Shown here: in pieces, positions 28,659 to 39,278 of the stretch
Numbering within the stretch: the stretch's first letter is position 1
How the letters are laid out: the number at the start of each line of letters is the position of its first letter
Origin: Ignisphaera sp.
GTDB lineage: Archaea; Thermoproteota; Thermoprotei_A; Sulfolobales; Ignisphaeraceae
Direction: 5' to 3'
NCBI GenBank assembly: GCA_038831005.1
Contig: JAWBKZ010000005.1
Coordinates: 152,146 to 216,145 of the forward strand
Length of the DNA: 64,000 nt
Made by a program: the position numbers and the translations under genes
Notes under the pieces: generated by a model
Databases searched by the model: none
What the model was told of the DNA's origin: nothing
What the model saw: only the letters and a program-made list of their open reading frames with translations

Positions 28659-29960
28659 ATGTATGCAGAACTAGTGTTGTTATCTCTAGCTGTACTTGTG
28701 GCTTTTCTGGTTTGGGGAAAGGTAGAAAGACACTGGGTCGGTTTGGGTATAGCACTATTTCTTATTGCTTCTGGTACTCTATCTGTTTCTGAAGCTTTGG
28801 ATTATATTGATTGGGATGTTCTCGGACTTATACTGGGTGTAAGCATATATACTGTCTATATAGAGAAGAGTGGAGTTACATACATATCTGCACGCTATAT
28901 AGTTAAGCGTACAGGGTATTCTCTATATGCTACACTATTTACGATATCCCTTGTGGCAGGTATGGTAAGTGTATTCATGGAGAATGTATCTGTAGTTTTT
29001 CTATTCTATCCAATAGTTTTCTCCCTCTCTAGACTACTCGGAATAGAGCCTACTATACCCATGATCTTCGTAGCTCTATCCTCAAATATAGCGGGATCAG
29101 CAACAATGATCGGAGATCCACCAGCACTAATTACTGCTGGAGCTTTCAAATTATCGTTTACGGATTTCATAGTTTATAGAGGAAAGCTCTCTATGTTTTT
29201 CTTCACAATAATATCGATGGTTTCTGCTATAGCTGTCTCTAGTTACATAGTATCGAAAAAAGCAAAGATTGGTAATAGAAGTGGTCCAAGCGAGAAGTTA
29301 GATGTGCTAGAAGATGTGTCTATAGATAGGGTCTTCGCTATTGAGGCTACTCTATTCCTAATAATCAAGATATTGCTATTGAGTGTGAGAAACATTATAA
29401 TACTTCCTCTAAGTTTTTCTGCTGCTATAGCTGTTGGTGGTTTAACTATAGTTAGACTTATCCATAGAGATAGTGATAGCGTTAAGAAGGCATTCAAGCA
29501 AGGTTTCGAGTGGAGACTACTTATATTCTTAGCCACAATTTTCGTGCTCTCAAGAGCTTTTGAAAAACACGGTATAGCTAAAAGATTTGGTGAATATATT
29601 GTCTATAGATTAGGTAAGGATTTATTCAGAATAACATCGCTTATCATATGGCTATGCTCATTTTTTTCAGCAGTCATAGACAATGTTCCAATAACCTTGA
29701 CAATGATACCTGTTGTTAAAGCATCTTCAACACTCTTAAACCAAGATCCTGTTGTCCTTATGTGGGCAGCTCTAGTAGGTATCACACTAGGGGGCAATTT
29801 AACGTACATAGGTGCATCAGCAAATGTAGCAGCTGTAAGAATCTTGGAGAAAAATAATCATGACGTGACATTCACAGAGTTCATGAAGATAAGCATTATA
29901 TACAATTCAGTATCAATATTAATTGCTTGGTTTCTCTATACCATAATATACATAGTATAG
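28659..29960 (+). CDS. ArsB/NhaD (CitMHS) superfamily anion permease
   Basis: 433 aa with about 10-12 TM helices and a GSATMIGDPPALI motif typical of this superfamily. Confidence 0.65.
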   Translation: MYAELVLLSLAVLVAFLVWGKVERHWVGLGIALFLIASGTLSVSEALDYIDWDVLGLILGVSIYTVYIEKSGVTYISARYIVKRTGYSLYATLFTISLVAGMVSVFMENVSVVFLFYPIVFSLSRLLGIEPTIPMIFVALSSNIAGSATMIGDPPALITAGAFKLSFTDFIVYRGKLSMFFFTIISMVSAIAVSSYIVSKKAKIGNRSGPSEKLDVLEDVSIDRVFAIEATLFLIIKILLLSVRNIIILPLSFSAAIAVGGLTIVRLIHRDSDSVKKAFKQGFEWRLLIFLATIFVLSRAFEKHGIAKRFGEYIVYRLGKDLFRITSLIIWLCSFFSAVIDNVPITLTMIPVVKASSTLLNQDPVVLMWAALVGITLGGNLTYIGASANVAAVRILEKNNHDVTFTEFMKISIIYNSVSILIAWFLYTIIYIV

Positions 29961-30324
29961 AGTACGGATAATAAGATAAGTAATAACATGTGTTAGAAGT
30001 ATTTAGATACTAATTCTGATGCACATATCCATAGAATTAAGAGAAAATTGAATATTCACAATCATAAATTGATGCGGCGAAGATAATCACATTCGGTATA
30101 ATATAATGAAAATACGTGATGGTCATCCCTCATAGGATAGAATTCAGTCTAGGTATCAGGTTTCTAGACCACACAAAATTACTCTCATTGTTTCTCTCAA
30201 TATGGCTACTACATATTTTTGACTCAATTATTTTAACAAAATAGTACCTCAAGTCTAGCGCTAACGATGATTTGATGAATTTTTAATACTATCTCGGTAA
30301 TGCTTGACTATATGGTGAAGCCTG

Positions 30325-32433
30325 GTGGTATTCGTACCAAAACGTGTAATAGCGTTTTTTGCTGATGGATCGCACGAAATTTGTGATTATTGTGAAACTA
30401 TTTCTAGTGATGTAACCAAATTATACAAATTTTTATGTAGAGATTTTGAGATTCATCTAGAGGATAGAGATGGTATTATTACTGTTGTTAAAGCTGTATC
30501 TAGATTGAAGCTTTTCTCGCCTTACGAATCGTTAATCATAGATTTAGAGATTGATGAAAACGTTTCACGTGTTCTTGTTTTAACGCTGAATACTGCTGTT
30601 GCTGAAGAACTTGGTAAAGGATTTGGTTACTACAATTACTTGGCTATAGATAGAGAACCTAGAGTAGAAAGGCCCTCTGATGCTATACCTTATCCATCTT
30701 TATCTAAGATAAATCTCAGTTATGTAGATCATGTACCTAGAGTCCCCTGCTGGACTTACCCTTTAGTACTTAGAAACATCAATGAGGTGCCAAAGTACTC
30801 TGTATTTATGCTACTTGATGCTGTCAGAAAATATGTAGCCCTTATGACATTAAGTAGCAGAGCTACAGCATATATAGGTCCTGGATCGAGGATAACTATC
30901 TTTAGTGGTAAAGCTTCTTATGAAATAGGAATGACGCATCTCTTGACATGTTCCGTTGATAACAATCCATATAAAGTTATCGAGGATTGTGTTCATAAAG
31001 CGGCTAAAGTATCTGGTTTCAAGTCGAGAAAACTGAAGAAGAAGCCTATATTTATGCAAGGTCTTGGTTGGTGCTCGTGGAATGCTCTATTAACAGAAGA
31101 TCTATCGCATAGCAATATCGTAAACATAGTTAAAGGTCTTAGAGAAAAAGGTGTACCTATAAAGTGGGTCATAGTTGATGATGGATGGCAGATAGCATCC
31201 CCACCTAGGTCACATCACTGGTTCTCTAAGGTTATAGAGAGATTGGAAGTCAATAGCTCTAGGTTTCCATATGGATTCCAGCAACTTGTTAAAGAACTTA
31301 AAAGTCTAGGGATAGAATTTGTAGGTCTATGGTCTACAATAAATATGTACTGGGGTGGTGCAAGTAAACGATTTATCGATGAACTTGGTGTAGAAGGCTA
31401 TAGATACCCTCCATTTGATTCATATGTACCTCCACCAGATATAGCATCAGCTTATAGTTTCTACAATAAGTTCCTCTCATGGATTAAAGATCTCGGCTTC
31501 AGCTTTCTCAAGATAGACAATCAATGGATAATACATCTGCTCTATCAAGGAATCAAATATGTGGGAGAAGCATCTAGAGAAATTGAACATGGACTACAGC
31601 TAGCAGCTGAAGTAAATAATCTCGATATATTGAACTGTATGTCTATGACACCAGAGAACTATAGCAATTTCCTAGTAAGTAATGTTATGAGGACATCCAT
31701 AGACCATATACCTTTCTGGAAAGCTGATGCAAAACTCCACATATTGTTCAATACCTACAATTCTTTGCTATTCAACTATATAGTTTATCCAGACTACGAT
31801 ATGTGGATAACCTATGATCCTCACTCAAAAATCCATACTGTCTCTAGGGTGTTTAGCGGAGGACCTATATACATAACAGATAGGCATCCCGAGAAAACGG
31901 ATGTAGAGCTGCTGAAGAGGATTGTTTTACCTGATGGGGAGGTGGTTAGAGTTGATGAACCAGCTCTACCCACAAAAGATGTACTGTTTAGTGATCCCTA
32001 CAACGAAAACGTATTGCTGAAAATTGCATCAAGATGTAGAGGTTTCCCTGTTGTAGCAGTATTCAATATAAGTAAGGAGGGCGTCACAATCACAGATAAT
32101 CTATCATTGAAACACTTACCGTTTAATATCGAGTCGGGTCTTTACGCATACTATAGCGTCTTTGCTGGAAAACGTGGGACCATAGATACTAGTGACGATC
32201 TAGAGATAACCTTAGATGAACTCGATGCTGATGTATACGTGTTTTCGAGAGTTATTGATGGAAACGCAGTCATAGGGTTAAAGGAATATATATTGCCTCC
32301 CTATCCAATGACTACGTACAGAGTTAAAGAAAAGAGGATTTCAGCTGAATTTAGGGTTCGAGGTACTGTTATAGCTTTAATCAATGGATTATTCAATGAA
32401 GTGCCAACACAAGACACCATTATAGAGCTTTAG
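30325..32433 (+). CDS. GH36 alpha-galactosidase / raffinose-synthase-like glycoside hydrolase
   Basis: GLGWCSWNAL, VIVDDGWQ and FLKIDNQ motifs characteristic of the GH36 Sip1/raffinose synthase clade (as in Sulfolobus GalS); GTG start. Confidence 0.8.
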   Translation: MVFVPKRVIAFFADGSHEICDYCETISSDVTKLYKFLCRDFEIHLEDRDGIITVVKAVSRLKLFSPYESLIIDLEIDENVSRVLVLTLNTAVAEELGKGFGYYNYLAIDREPRVERPSDAIPYPSLSKINLSYVDHVPRVPCWTYPLVLRNINEVPKYSVFMLLDAVRKYVALMTLSSRATAYIGPGSRITIFSGKASYEIGMTHLLTCSVDNNPYKVIEDCVHKAAKVSGFKSRKLKKKPIFMQGLGWCSWNALLTEDLSHSNIVNIVKGLREKGVPIKWVIVDDGWQIASPPRSHHWFSKVIERLEVNSSRFPYGFQQLVKELKSLGIEFVGLWSTINMYWGGASKRFIDELGVEGYRYPPFDSYVPPPDIASAYSFYNKFLSWIKDLGFSFLKIDNQWIIHLLYQGIKYVGEASREIEHGLQLAAEVNNLDILNCMSMTPENYSNFLVSNVMRTSIDHIPFWKADAKLHILFNTYNSLLFNYIVYPDYDMWITYDPHSKIHTVSRVFSGGPIYITDRHPEKTDVELLKRIVLPDGEVVRVDEPALPTKDVLFSDPYNENVLLKIASRCRGFPVVAVFNISKEGVTITDNLSLKHLPFNIESGLYAYYSVFAGKRGTIDTSDDLEITLDELDADVYVFSRVIDGNAVIGLKEYILPPYPMTTYRVKEKRISAEFRVRGTVIALINGLFNEVPTQDTIIEL

Positions 32434-32671
32434 TTCTCTTCTTACGATCTTGACATCTAGATTTGATAACTTCTTTATTACTAGTCATAGTTGCTTTAGT
32501 GTCCACCATTGTGTACATCGGCTTAGTTCTTTTGATTGGTTTCCATATATTGAATTCTGAAGCACGTGTTCATAATCTTTCAGCTCCTGAATTGCTTACA
32601 GAAGATCCATAGAATTGGATTCACATTGTTATTTAGCAATTTTATGTAACTTATCTGAGCCTATCAATAGT

Positions 32672-33217
32672 CTACTCTAAGTATGTATCTGAATTAATTA
32701 TTGGTATCAATGCCATAATCACAGAATAATAAACAAGATCTTCCCTCACAACATTGTTTTTCGTCAACAAGCTTATAAAACCGCCCTTATCACCAATATT
32801 TGATGTTCCATAATGAGTATCAACGATTTCTTCAAGTTCTTCATAAACTCCAGAAACAAGAAACTCTACAAATTTTTTAGGAATGGCAAACGCAGGAGAA
32901 AAGCCGTAAGATGTTCTGTTATTTTTGTCGATTAAATATGTTATATGAACATCAAAATACCCGATTTCCTCTATATTCATTAATCCAGCTTCAATACCTA
33001 GATAAAAATCGCACAAAGCATCAATCTCTTTAATTTTTTCAGCTCGATATCTAGCGAATCTCAGTATATTCTCTAAACCAATAGGCTGTTTGGGCACACC
33101 TTCAACACCATATCCTTCAACTTTAACCACATCAAAGAACTGCCTAAAAGCCCTCTCAACCCCTTTTAATTTAGCTGGATTCTTGCTGCCAATACATACC
33201 CTAACCATAGTCTTCAC
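32672..33217 (-). CDS. inosine/xanthosine triphosphatase (YjjX/DUF84 family)
   Basis: 181 aa. The N-terminal CIGSKNPAKLKGVERAF and the overall length fit the non-canonical purine NTP phosphatase family. Confidence 0.75.
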   Translation of the reverse strand: MKTMVRVCIGSKNPAKLKGVERAFRQFFDVVKVEGYGVEGVPKQPIGLENILRFARYRAEKIKEIDALCDFYLGIEAGLMNIEEIGYFDVHITYLIDKNNRTSYGFSPAFAIPKKFVEFLVSGVYEELEEIVDTHYGTSNIGDKGGFISLLTKNNVVREDLVYYSVIMALIPIINSDTYLE

Positions 33218-33294
33218 CGATCATCTTTTTCAATTACAGACTGGCTGGTAATAAAATAAAAATTGAAAACATCTTGAGTTTCTACTTTCCTAGT

Positions 33295-35916
33295 TTAGGT
33301 AGTTTTGCGCGATAGACGTATTGTAATAATTATCGATATTACGGCCAAAACTATAGCTAGAAAGGTAGTATAAGTTACATGATCTGCCTTTTCGGTCATC
33401 TCTTTTAGATCTATATCAATTCTTTGAGCAAGACTCCTTATCGATGAATTTAAGAGGTAAAGATCCATGGACATGTTGTTTATATCTTTATTTAACCTAT
33501 TGATCTTCATCTCTATATCTTCTATATTCTCTAGCTTGCTATAGATCATTGATATGGTAGTCATATTTTGGGTAATTCTGTACATCATTTCCTCAATACG
33601 GTTTTGGATTATCTCGTATGGATCTTTAGGTATTATTCTTATAACAAGAATGTATGGAAGATTTACACCATCTTTTAGTAATGTTACATTTATAACAGCA
33701 TAAGTCTCTTGAAGAATCTGCGAACCTATTTTCATCCATAACCTATATGTGTATCTTCCTAAGGATGTAACATTAACTATATCCAGCGTAACTGGAGCTG
33801 GATATACTGCTAACACTGATACCTTATCTAGCGTGATATTATAGGTGACTATATCGATGAAATCTATGGATCCCGCTATATAGTATTGTTTAAGGTTTAC
33901 AGCCACAGGAAAAGACACAATATACGTATTAGTAATATTGTGAACAACTGTCTGTGTCACTATTGACACGTTTGTATCGAGATATGGTCTTATAACTATT
34001 GATGAAGTAAGTGTGATGGTGGGTGTCGAGAAGTCTATAACTGTTAGATTGTATTCACCTTTTTCAGCATATGGTATTAAGAGATATGATATGTAGCTGC
34101 CTCTTAAGTTCGCAAAATCTAGCGTCAATAGGTTATTCCCTAAGTATATCCCTAAGGTATCTCCTATACCTATACCTGTGACTAAAACCTTGATCTCCTT
34201 TCCCCAGAAGCCTACATAATCTACCAACAATTGAGGCAGTATATATATGAAGTCTTTTCCATAAAGAACTCCTTTACTATCTACAACAGTTATAGTATTC
34301 ATATACATATGTGTCACAGGTATTTCAACAGTTATAGGTTTTGAAGATACTAGACCGCTATATACTTTTGCACCAGATATGTATATATCTATTTGTTCAC
34401 CTTCTTTAACCCCATTTATACTCAATGATATTCTATCTAAGGGTTTAGCTGAATGTGCATGAACATCTATATCTACGCTTAATAAGTTTACACCTTTAGC
34501 TCTAGCCACAGAAAGATAAGCATCAATAAGACCTTTTCCTGCGCCTGGATGATCGATAGCCATAGTTGTTGATGTCAATACATCATATACCTTCTCTACC
34601 AATAAAGCACCAGAAAAACCTTGGCTCCTTAACTTAACACTAACGATAGCAGCAATTCCTGCCACTACAGGTGCAGCAGCACTTGTCCCACTGCCAATAG
34701 CTATTAATCCTCCAGGAAAAGCACCTGCTACATCAACACCTGGCGCAACTATATCGGGTTTTATGTATCGGTTAGGATATCTACCTTTAAATGGCCATGT
34801 TTCTGGAGGATCTGGCCATTCAACTTCTTCGTAACTACTGAATACTGCTACATCATTGTTTAGATCTACAGCTCCTACACCTATCACTCCCCATATGTTT
34901 CCGGGATTGGAGGAGGTATAGGGACCACTATTTCCTATGGCAGCTACAGGAATGATACCATTCTCTATTACTTTAGCTATAGCTAACAAGAGTACGTTAG
35001 AATAGTTGCCTGTAGCCCCAAAACTCATAGATACTACATCAGGTTTTCTTATTCCTAATTTTATGCCTCTACAGTTGTAAGGTTCTAGAACCCATTCAAG
35101 TCCTGCTAAAACCTGAGCCACCGTACCTTTTCCACCAGGTAGAACTGATGCCGAGAGTATTTTGGATTTAGGAGCTACACCAAAAATATGTTTAGCACCA
35201 TCGCCACCAGCAGCTATACTGGCAACCCATGTTCCATGACCATGTGTATCATGTGGCAAAGAGCATATGGGTCTACCCTTGGAGTCAAACTCTATCCATC
35301 CAATAAGTTTACCAGCAATCAGAGGATGTGTGGGATCTATGCCTGTATCCAGTATAGCGATAACAGAATCCGCTCCTTCTTCACCAAGATAGCTCCAGAC
35401 AATATCTGAAGAAACTCTAGATATTGCCCATGACCAGTAGAAAGGTACCTTATCATACTCCTGATGTTGGTACCTACTATAATCAAATATAGATGAAGTT
35501 AATACTTTAAATTTTTCGATAGTAACATCTATGCTGACATTATAGTTGTAAAAAACATTGAAGTTCATAGATCTTAGCCGTTCAACTACATTATTGGGAC
35601 AATGGGCTAAGATTATGTTGAACATTCTATATATTCTCTCTACATTACAACCTAGATCTGTTATAATGTCTAGATCTTGGTCAGATCTATACACTATAAG
35701 TATATCTTTAGCATCTATATATCCCTTAGCAGGAGCAGGCAGTTGTGAAAGTACTAAAATAAGGAGAGCTATAATCATAAGCGAAGACATATACCTCTGA
35801 GTCTTCATAATTACTTCGACCTCAGCTATACAGCTGGTAAAGAGATTATAACTGATTCTGTGGTTCATAAAGAGATAGTGAACCTTATAGATGCTTTCGT
35901 TTACATTGAAGATCAA
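33295..35916 (-). CDS. membrane-anchored subtilisin-like serine protease (peptidase S8)
   Basis: Catalytic triad motifs DTGID, HGHGTWVAS and GTSAAAPVVAG. The probable start is the ATG at 35808 (MKTQRYMSSLMIIALLILVL signal peptide). After the catalytic domain come a stalk of about 330 aa, a coiled coil and a C-terminal TM helix. Confidence 0.85.
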   Translation of the reverse strand: MIFNVNESIYKVHYLFMNHRISYNLFTSCIAEVEVIMKTQRYMSSLMIIALLILVLSQLPAPAKGYIDAKDILIVYRSDQDLDIITDLGCNVERIYRMFNIILAHCPNNVVERLRSMNFNVFYNYNVSIDVTIEKFKVLTSSIFDYSRYQHQEYDKVPFYWSWAISRVSSDIVWSYLGEEGADSVIAILDTGIDPTHPLIAGKLIGWIEFDSKGRPICSLPHDTHGHGTWVASIAAGGDGAKHIFGVAPKSKILSASVLPGGKGTVAQVLAGLEWVLEPYNCRGIKLGIRKPDVVSMSFGATGNYSNVLLLAIAKVIENGIIPVAAIGNSGPYTSSNPGNIWGVIGVGAVDLNNDVAVFSSYEEVEWPDPPETWPFKGRYPNRYIKPDIVAPGVDVAGAFPGGLIAIGSGTSAAAPVVAGIAAIVSVKLRSQGFSGALLVEKVYDVLTSTTMAIDHPGAGKGLIDAYLSVARAKGVNLLSVDIDVHAHSAKPLDRISLSINGVKEGEQIDIYISGAKVYSGLVSSKPITVEIPVTHMYMNTITVVDSKGVLYGKDFIYILPQLLVDYVGFWGKEIKVLVTGIGIGDTLGIYLGNNLLTLDFANLRGSYISYLLIPYAEKGEYNLTVIDFSTPTITLTSSIVIRPYLDTNVSIVTQTVVHNITNTYIVSFPVAVNLKQYYIAGSIDFIDIVTYNITLDKVSVLAVYPAPVTLDIVNVTSLGRYTYRLWMKIGSQILQETYAVINVTLLKDGVNLPYILVIRIIPKDPYEIIQNRIEEMMYRITQNMTTISMIYSKLENIEDIEMKINRLNKDINNMSMDLYLLNSSIRSLAQRIDIDLKEMTEKADHVTYTTFLAIVLAVISIIITIRLSRKTT

Positions 35917-36029
35917 GTCCTCTAGTATTGAAGATCAAAACTTTATGCCTTCATCTCCATAAGGTGAGATTCATTTTAACAACTATGCCTTAAAGACCTA
36001 TAAGATATTACTAGTTTTTCGAATAGCTA

Positions 36030-36722
36030 GTGAAATTTGAGGGATGCGCACTTATGGTGAAACAGAAGATAGGTACGATAATATTTGATATCGATGGAAC
36101 AATAGTGCTTCTGCCAATAGACTGGGACAATATTTTAATTAAGATAAAATCTCTATCACTAACATCTACGAAAACGTTCTTGGGCTTTGTATCAAAATAC
36201 TATGGATCTAATGAATTCATATACATACACAAATACTTAGAAGATATTGAAAATAGTGCTGTAGATTCGATGCTTATTTTAGATAATGCTGATAAACTGT
36301 TGAAAAGGGTATGTAGATACATACCAATCGGTTTTGTAACAATGCAAAGTAGATCTGCTGCCGAAAAAATAGTATATAAGATGGGGCTCTGTAACTGTGA
36401 TAAGTTCTTAGGTGTTCTAGCATCAAGAGAAGATGCATCTAACAGAATTGAACAACTTGCTAAAGCTATAAAATCTATTGATATAAATCCTGATGAAGTG
36501 CTATTTATTGGTGACAAGGTGCTAGATGGTATAGCCGCTATTGTGAATAAAGTAAAGAGTATAGTAATCTTAAGAAATCCGCGGACCTTTCGAATAAGTG
36601 ACACAGATTATATAGATGAAGACTTAGAGACTATAGGTATACCCATAGCTACCGACTTAGCTGAAGCTCTAGCTATAGCTAAAGATATATACGATTTACC
36701 TATAGATATCTCTATAGGCTGA
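36030..36722 (+). CDS. HAD-superfamily hydrolase
   Basis: Motif I IIFDIDGTIV and motif IV FIGDKVLDG. The probable start is the ATG at 36054. Confidence 0.7.
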   Translation: MKFEGCALMVKQKIGTIIFDIDGTIVLLPIDWDNILIKIKSLSLTSTKTFLGFVSKYYGSNEFIYIHKYLEDIENSAVDSMLILDNADKLLKRVCRYIPIGFVTMQSRSAAEKIVYKMGLCNCDKFLGVLASREDASNRIEQLAKAIKSIDINPDEVLFIGDKVLDGIAAIVNKVKSIVILRNPRTFRISDTDYIDEDLETIGIPIATDLAEALAIAKDIYDLPIDISIG

Positions 36723-36728
36723 TAAATT

Positions 36729-37796
36729 ATGGTCAAAACAAGAGTATTCAGAATAGATCCACTAAACCCCGATGAAGAGATATTGAAGCAGTGTTGTAAA
36801 GAAATTACGGGTAGAAGCACTACAGTTGTATTCCCCACCGAAACTGTCTACGGATTAGGAGCATATGTGTTCGATGTCCATGCCATCAAGAAAATATTCA
36901 CCATAAAAGAGAGACCTATAGATAATCCATTAATTATTCATATATCTAAATTCGATCATTTATATGAAGTAACTGGGGATGCCCCAAATAACTTTAAAGA
37001 TATAGCGAAAAAGCTTTGGCCAGGACCCATAACATTTATACTGAGAAAACGTAAAGAGGTTCCTCATGAGATCTCTGGAGGACTACCTACGGTTGCTGTT
37101 AGAATGCCTGCTCATCCTGTACCATTGAGACTTATAGATTGTATTGGTCCTCTCGCTGCTCCTAGTGCTAACATATCTGGTAGACCTAGTCCTACTATAC
37201 CCCATCATGTCTATGTAGATATGTTTGGTAGAGCTGACATAATCATTGACGCTGGTGAGACATTTCTTGGTGTAGAATCAACTATAGTGGATCTAACAAC
37301 AGATCCACCTAAACTTTTGAGACCAGGATCTCTACCCGTTGAAAAGTTGAAAGAAATTTTAGGGAAGGATATTGTAGTACCGAATTTTGCGAAAGGTTTG
37401 GGTGAAAGCGATATTGCTCTTGCTCCCGGTACTAGATACAGACACTATGCTCCAAAAACGCCTATTGTTGTTGTTGAATCATCAGATTACCGTGATCTGA
37501 AAGAGTACACCAATAGCGTTGTCGAGGTTGTTAGAAATTACTCAACTCATAGATATGTTATTGTTGCTAGTAGAGAAACTGCTAAAGAGTACGAAGCTCT
37601 GGAACTAAATACAGTAGTTATAGGATCTAGATACAATCTATATGAGATTGCTAAGAATTTGTTTAAGGTACTTAGAGATGTTGATAGAATGGGTGTAGAT
37701 ATAGCTATTGTTGAAGGATTTCCAGAAATTGGCATAGGTTTAGCGATAATGAATAGACTTAGAAAAGCTTCTCGATTCAATATAGTGAAGGTTTAG
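36729..37796 (+). CDS. sua5: threonylcarbamoyl-AMP synthase Sua5/TsaC
   Basis: YrdC domain (FPTETVYGLGA, KERPIDNPLIIH, SANISGRPSPT) plus a C-terminal Sua5 domain; 355 aa. Confidence 0.9.
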   Translation: MVKTRVFRIDPLNPDEEILKQCCKEITGRSTTVVFPTETVYGLGAYVFDVHAIKKIFTIKERPIDNPLIIHISKFDHLYEVTGDAPNNFKDIAKKLWPGPITFILRKRKEVPHEISGGLPTVAVRMPAHPVPLRLIDCIGPLAAPSANISGRPSPTIPHHVYVDMFGRADIIIDAGETFLGVESTIVDLTTDPPKLLRPGSLPVEKLKEILGKDIVVPNFAKGLGESDIALAPGTRYRHYAPKTPIVVVESSDYRDLKEYTNSVVEVVRNYSTHRYVIVASRETAKEYEALELNTVVIGSRYNLYEIAKNLFKVLRDVDRMGVDIAIVEGFPEIGIGLAIMNRLRKASRFNIVKV

Positions 37797-37800
37797 CTAC

Positions 37801-39201
37801 TTATCCCAAAAATCCTCTTATCCTACCTAATGCTATTATGTGTAGCTCAACTGGATTGAGCATTAGAAGAGATTTGTAAGTATCTATAGGTTCAGGCTTT
37901 ACACCCATTATGTCTAGCGCTTCGTCAATCTTCTTAACGATATCTTCATCGAGTCTCTTTACAGCTATCCCACGGACATAGAATTTAGAGTCATAGAGCC
38001 ATTCCTTATCTAGGTAGGGAACTAGTTTGAGAATTTCGTCAAGTTTATCCTGTTTATACATCTCTATTATGAATTCTGCATCAAGATATGTCGGTGGTAT
38101 TCCGGTTGCATACCAAGTTGATGTGTAGACTATTGCACGAGGAACTGAGAGTGCCTCATTTTGAAGTGGAAGTAGTCTTCCATAATTTCTCCAAGATATT
38201 CTCTCTCTAGTTCCTGGGACATTATTTGCTAACTTCTGTATAATATCGCAATACTTAGACACTAACCTCCTATAGAGTTTAGTAGCTTGATCTACGAAGT
38301 TTATAATATCTGAAGATAGAGGTATAGACTTTGGTTTCGTATCTATATTTGCTAGTATTGCATTCTTTACAACAATATAGTCTCTGTAAGGTATATCGTG
38401 CCTTATGGCTGATTGTATAGTTGCAGTAGAAAATCCTCTATAGCGTTGAACCTCATATTCAACTAATTCTGGATTATTTAGGGCTCCTCTAAATGGTGGT
38501 ACACCCATACCTATAATTGGTTTTATCTCTATAGCATATTCTTTGGCTAACTTTTCAAGCTCACTTAATGCATAGATAAGCGATAGAGAGGAAGCTATAT
38601 GACCACTTCTTACAGCAGCATCACTTTTACCTAGAAATACTCTTAATATGTTTATCTCGGCATCAAATTCATTGAGTACAGTCATAATTGTGGAAACATA
38701 GTCATGTACAACCATATGTTTATGGGTTTCCTCAATAAGAGGTATAAGTTGTACGGGAAACATCTGGGTATTAACTTCTTCGCTTAACACTTTCTCTTTC
38801 ATTATTATTAATCTCTGCACAAATCTAACAACATTACGGTCCTCAACCATCGGCAAAATGAACCATCTGACAGCCTGAACATTCATTATTTTATAGGAAT
38901 AGTAGTTCGCTATAAGACCTGCTTCTATTGATAGATCAACTCTATCAAAATCTTCTAGCGAAGGATTGGGTATCCTAGGCGTTACAAAGAACTTCTCTCC
39001 TATAGGGATTTCGAGCTCATAAGATCTAAGAACAATATCTTTAGGCTGAGCATATGGTGTTAACTTTCCTTCATAATCGCTCATAACCTCATCGCAACTA
39101 TACATGGTGTATCCCTGTAGAGCTTCATCAACTTCCTGTTGGGTAGTAATCTTTGCAGTAGCGTCTGGATGTTGAGTGCACAATAACTTAGGAATATACA
39201 A
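37801..39201 (-). CDS. ppcA: archaeal-type phosphoenolpyruvate carboxylase
   Basis: The N-terminal LCTQHPD motif and the overall length class (466 aa) fit the atypical archaeal PEPC family. Confidence 0.8.
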   Translation of the reverse strand: MYIPKLLCTQHPDATAKITTQQEVDEALQGYTMYSCDEVMSDYEGKLTPYAQPKDIVLRSYELEIPIGEKFFVTPRIPNPSLEDFDRVDLSIEAGLIANYYSYKIMNVQAVRWFILPMVEDRNVVRFVQRLIIMKEKVLSEEVNTQMFPVQLIPLIEETHKHMVVHDYVSTIMTVLNEFDAEINILRVFLGKSDAAVRSGHIASSLSLIYALSELEKLAKEYAIEIKPIIGMGVPPFRGALNNPELVEYEVQRYRGFSTATIQSAIRHDIPYRDYIVVKNAILANIDTKPKSIPLSSDIINFVDQATKLYRRLVSKYCDIIQKLANNVPGTRERISWRNYGRLLPLQNEALSVPRAIVYTSTWYATGIPPTYLDAEFIIEMYKQDKLDEILKLVPYLDKEWLYDSKFYVRGIAVKRLDEDIVKKIDEALDIMGVKPEPIDTYKSLLMLNPVELHIIALGRIRGFLG

Positions 39202-39278
39202 TGTCGAAACCTCTATTAGTTTATGTATACAGGGATATATAAACGTTTAACTATTACCATTAAACTCATTTTCACAAT

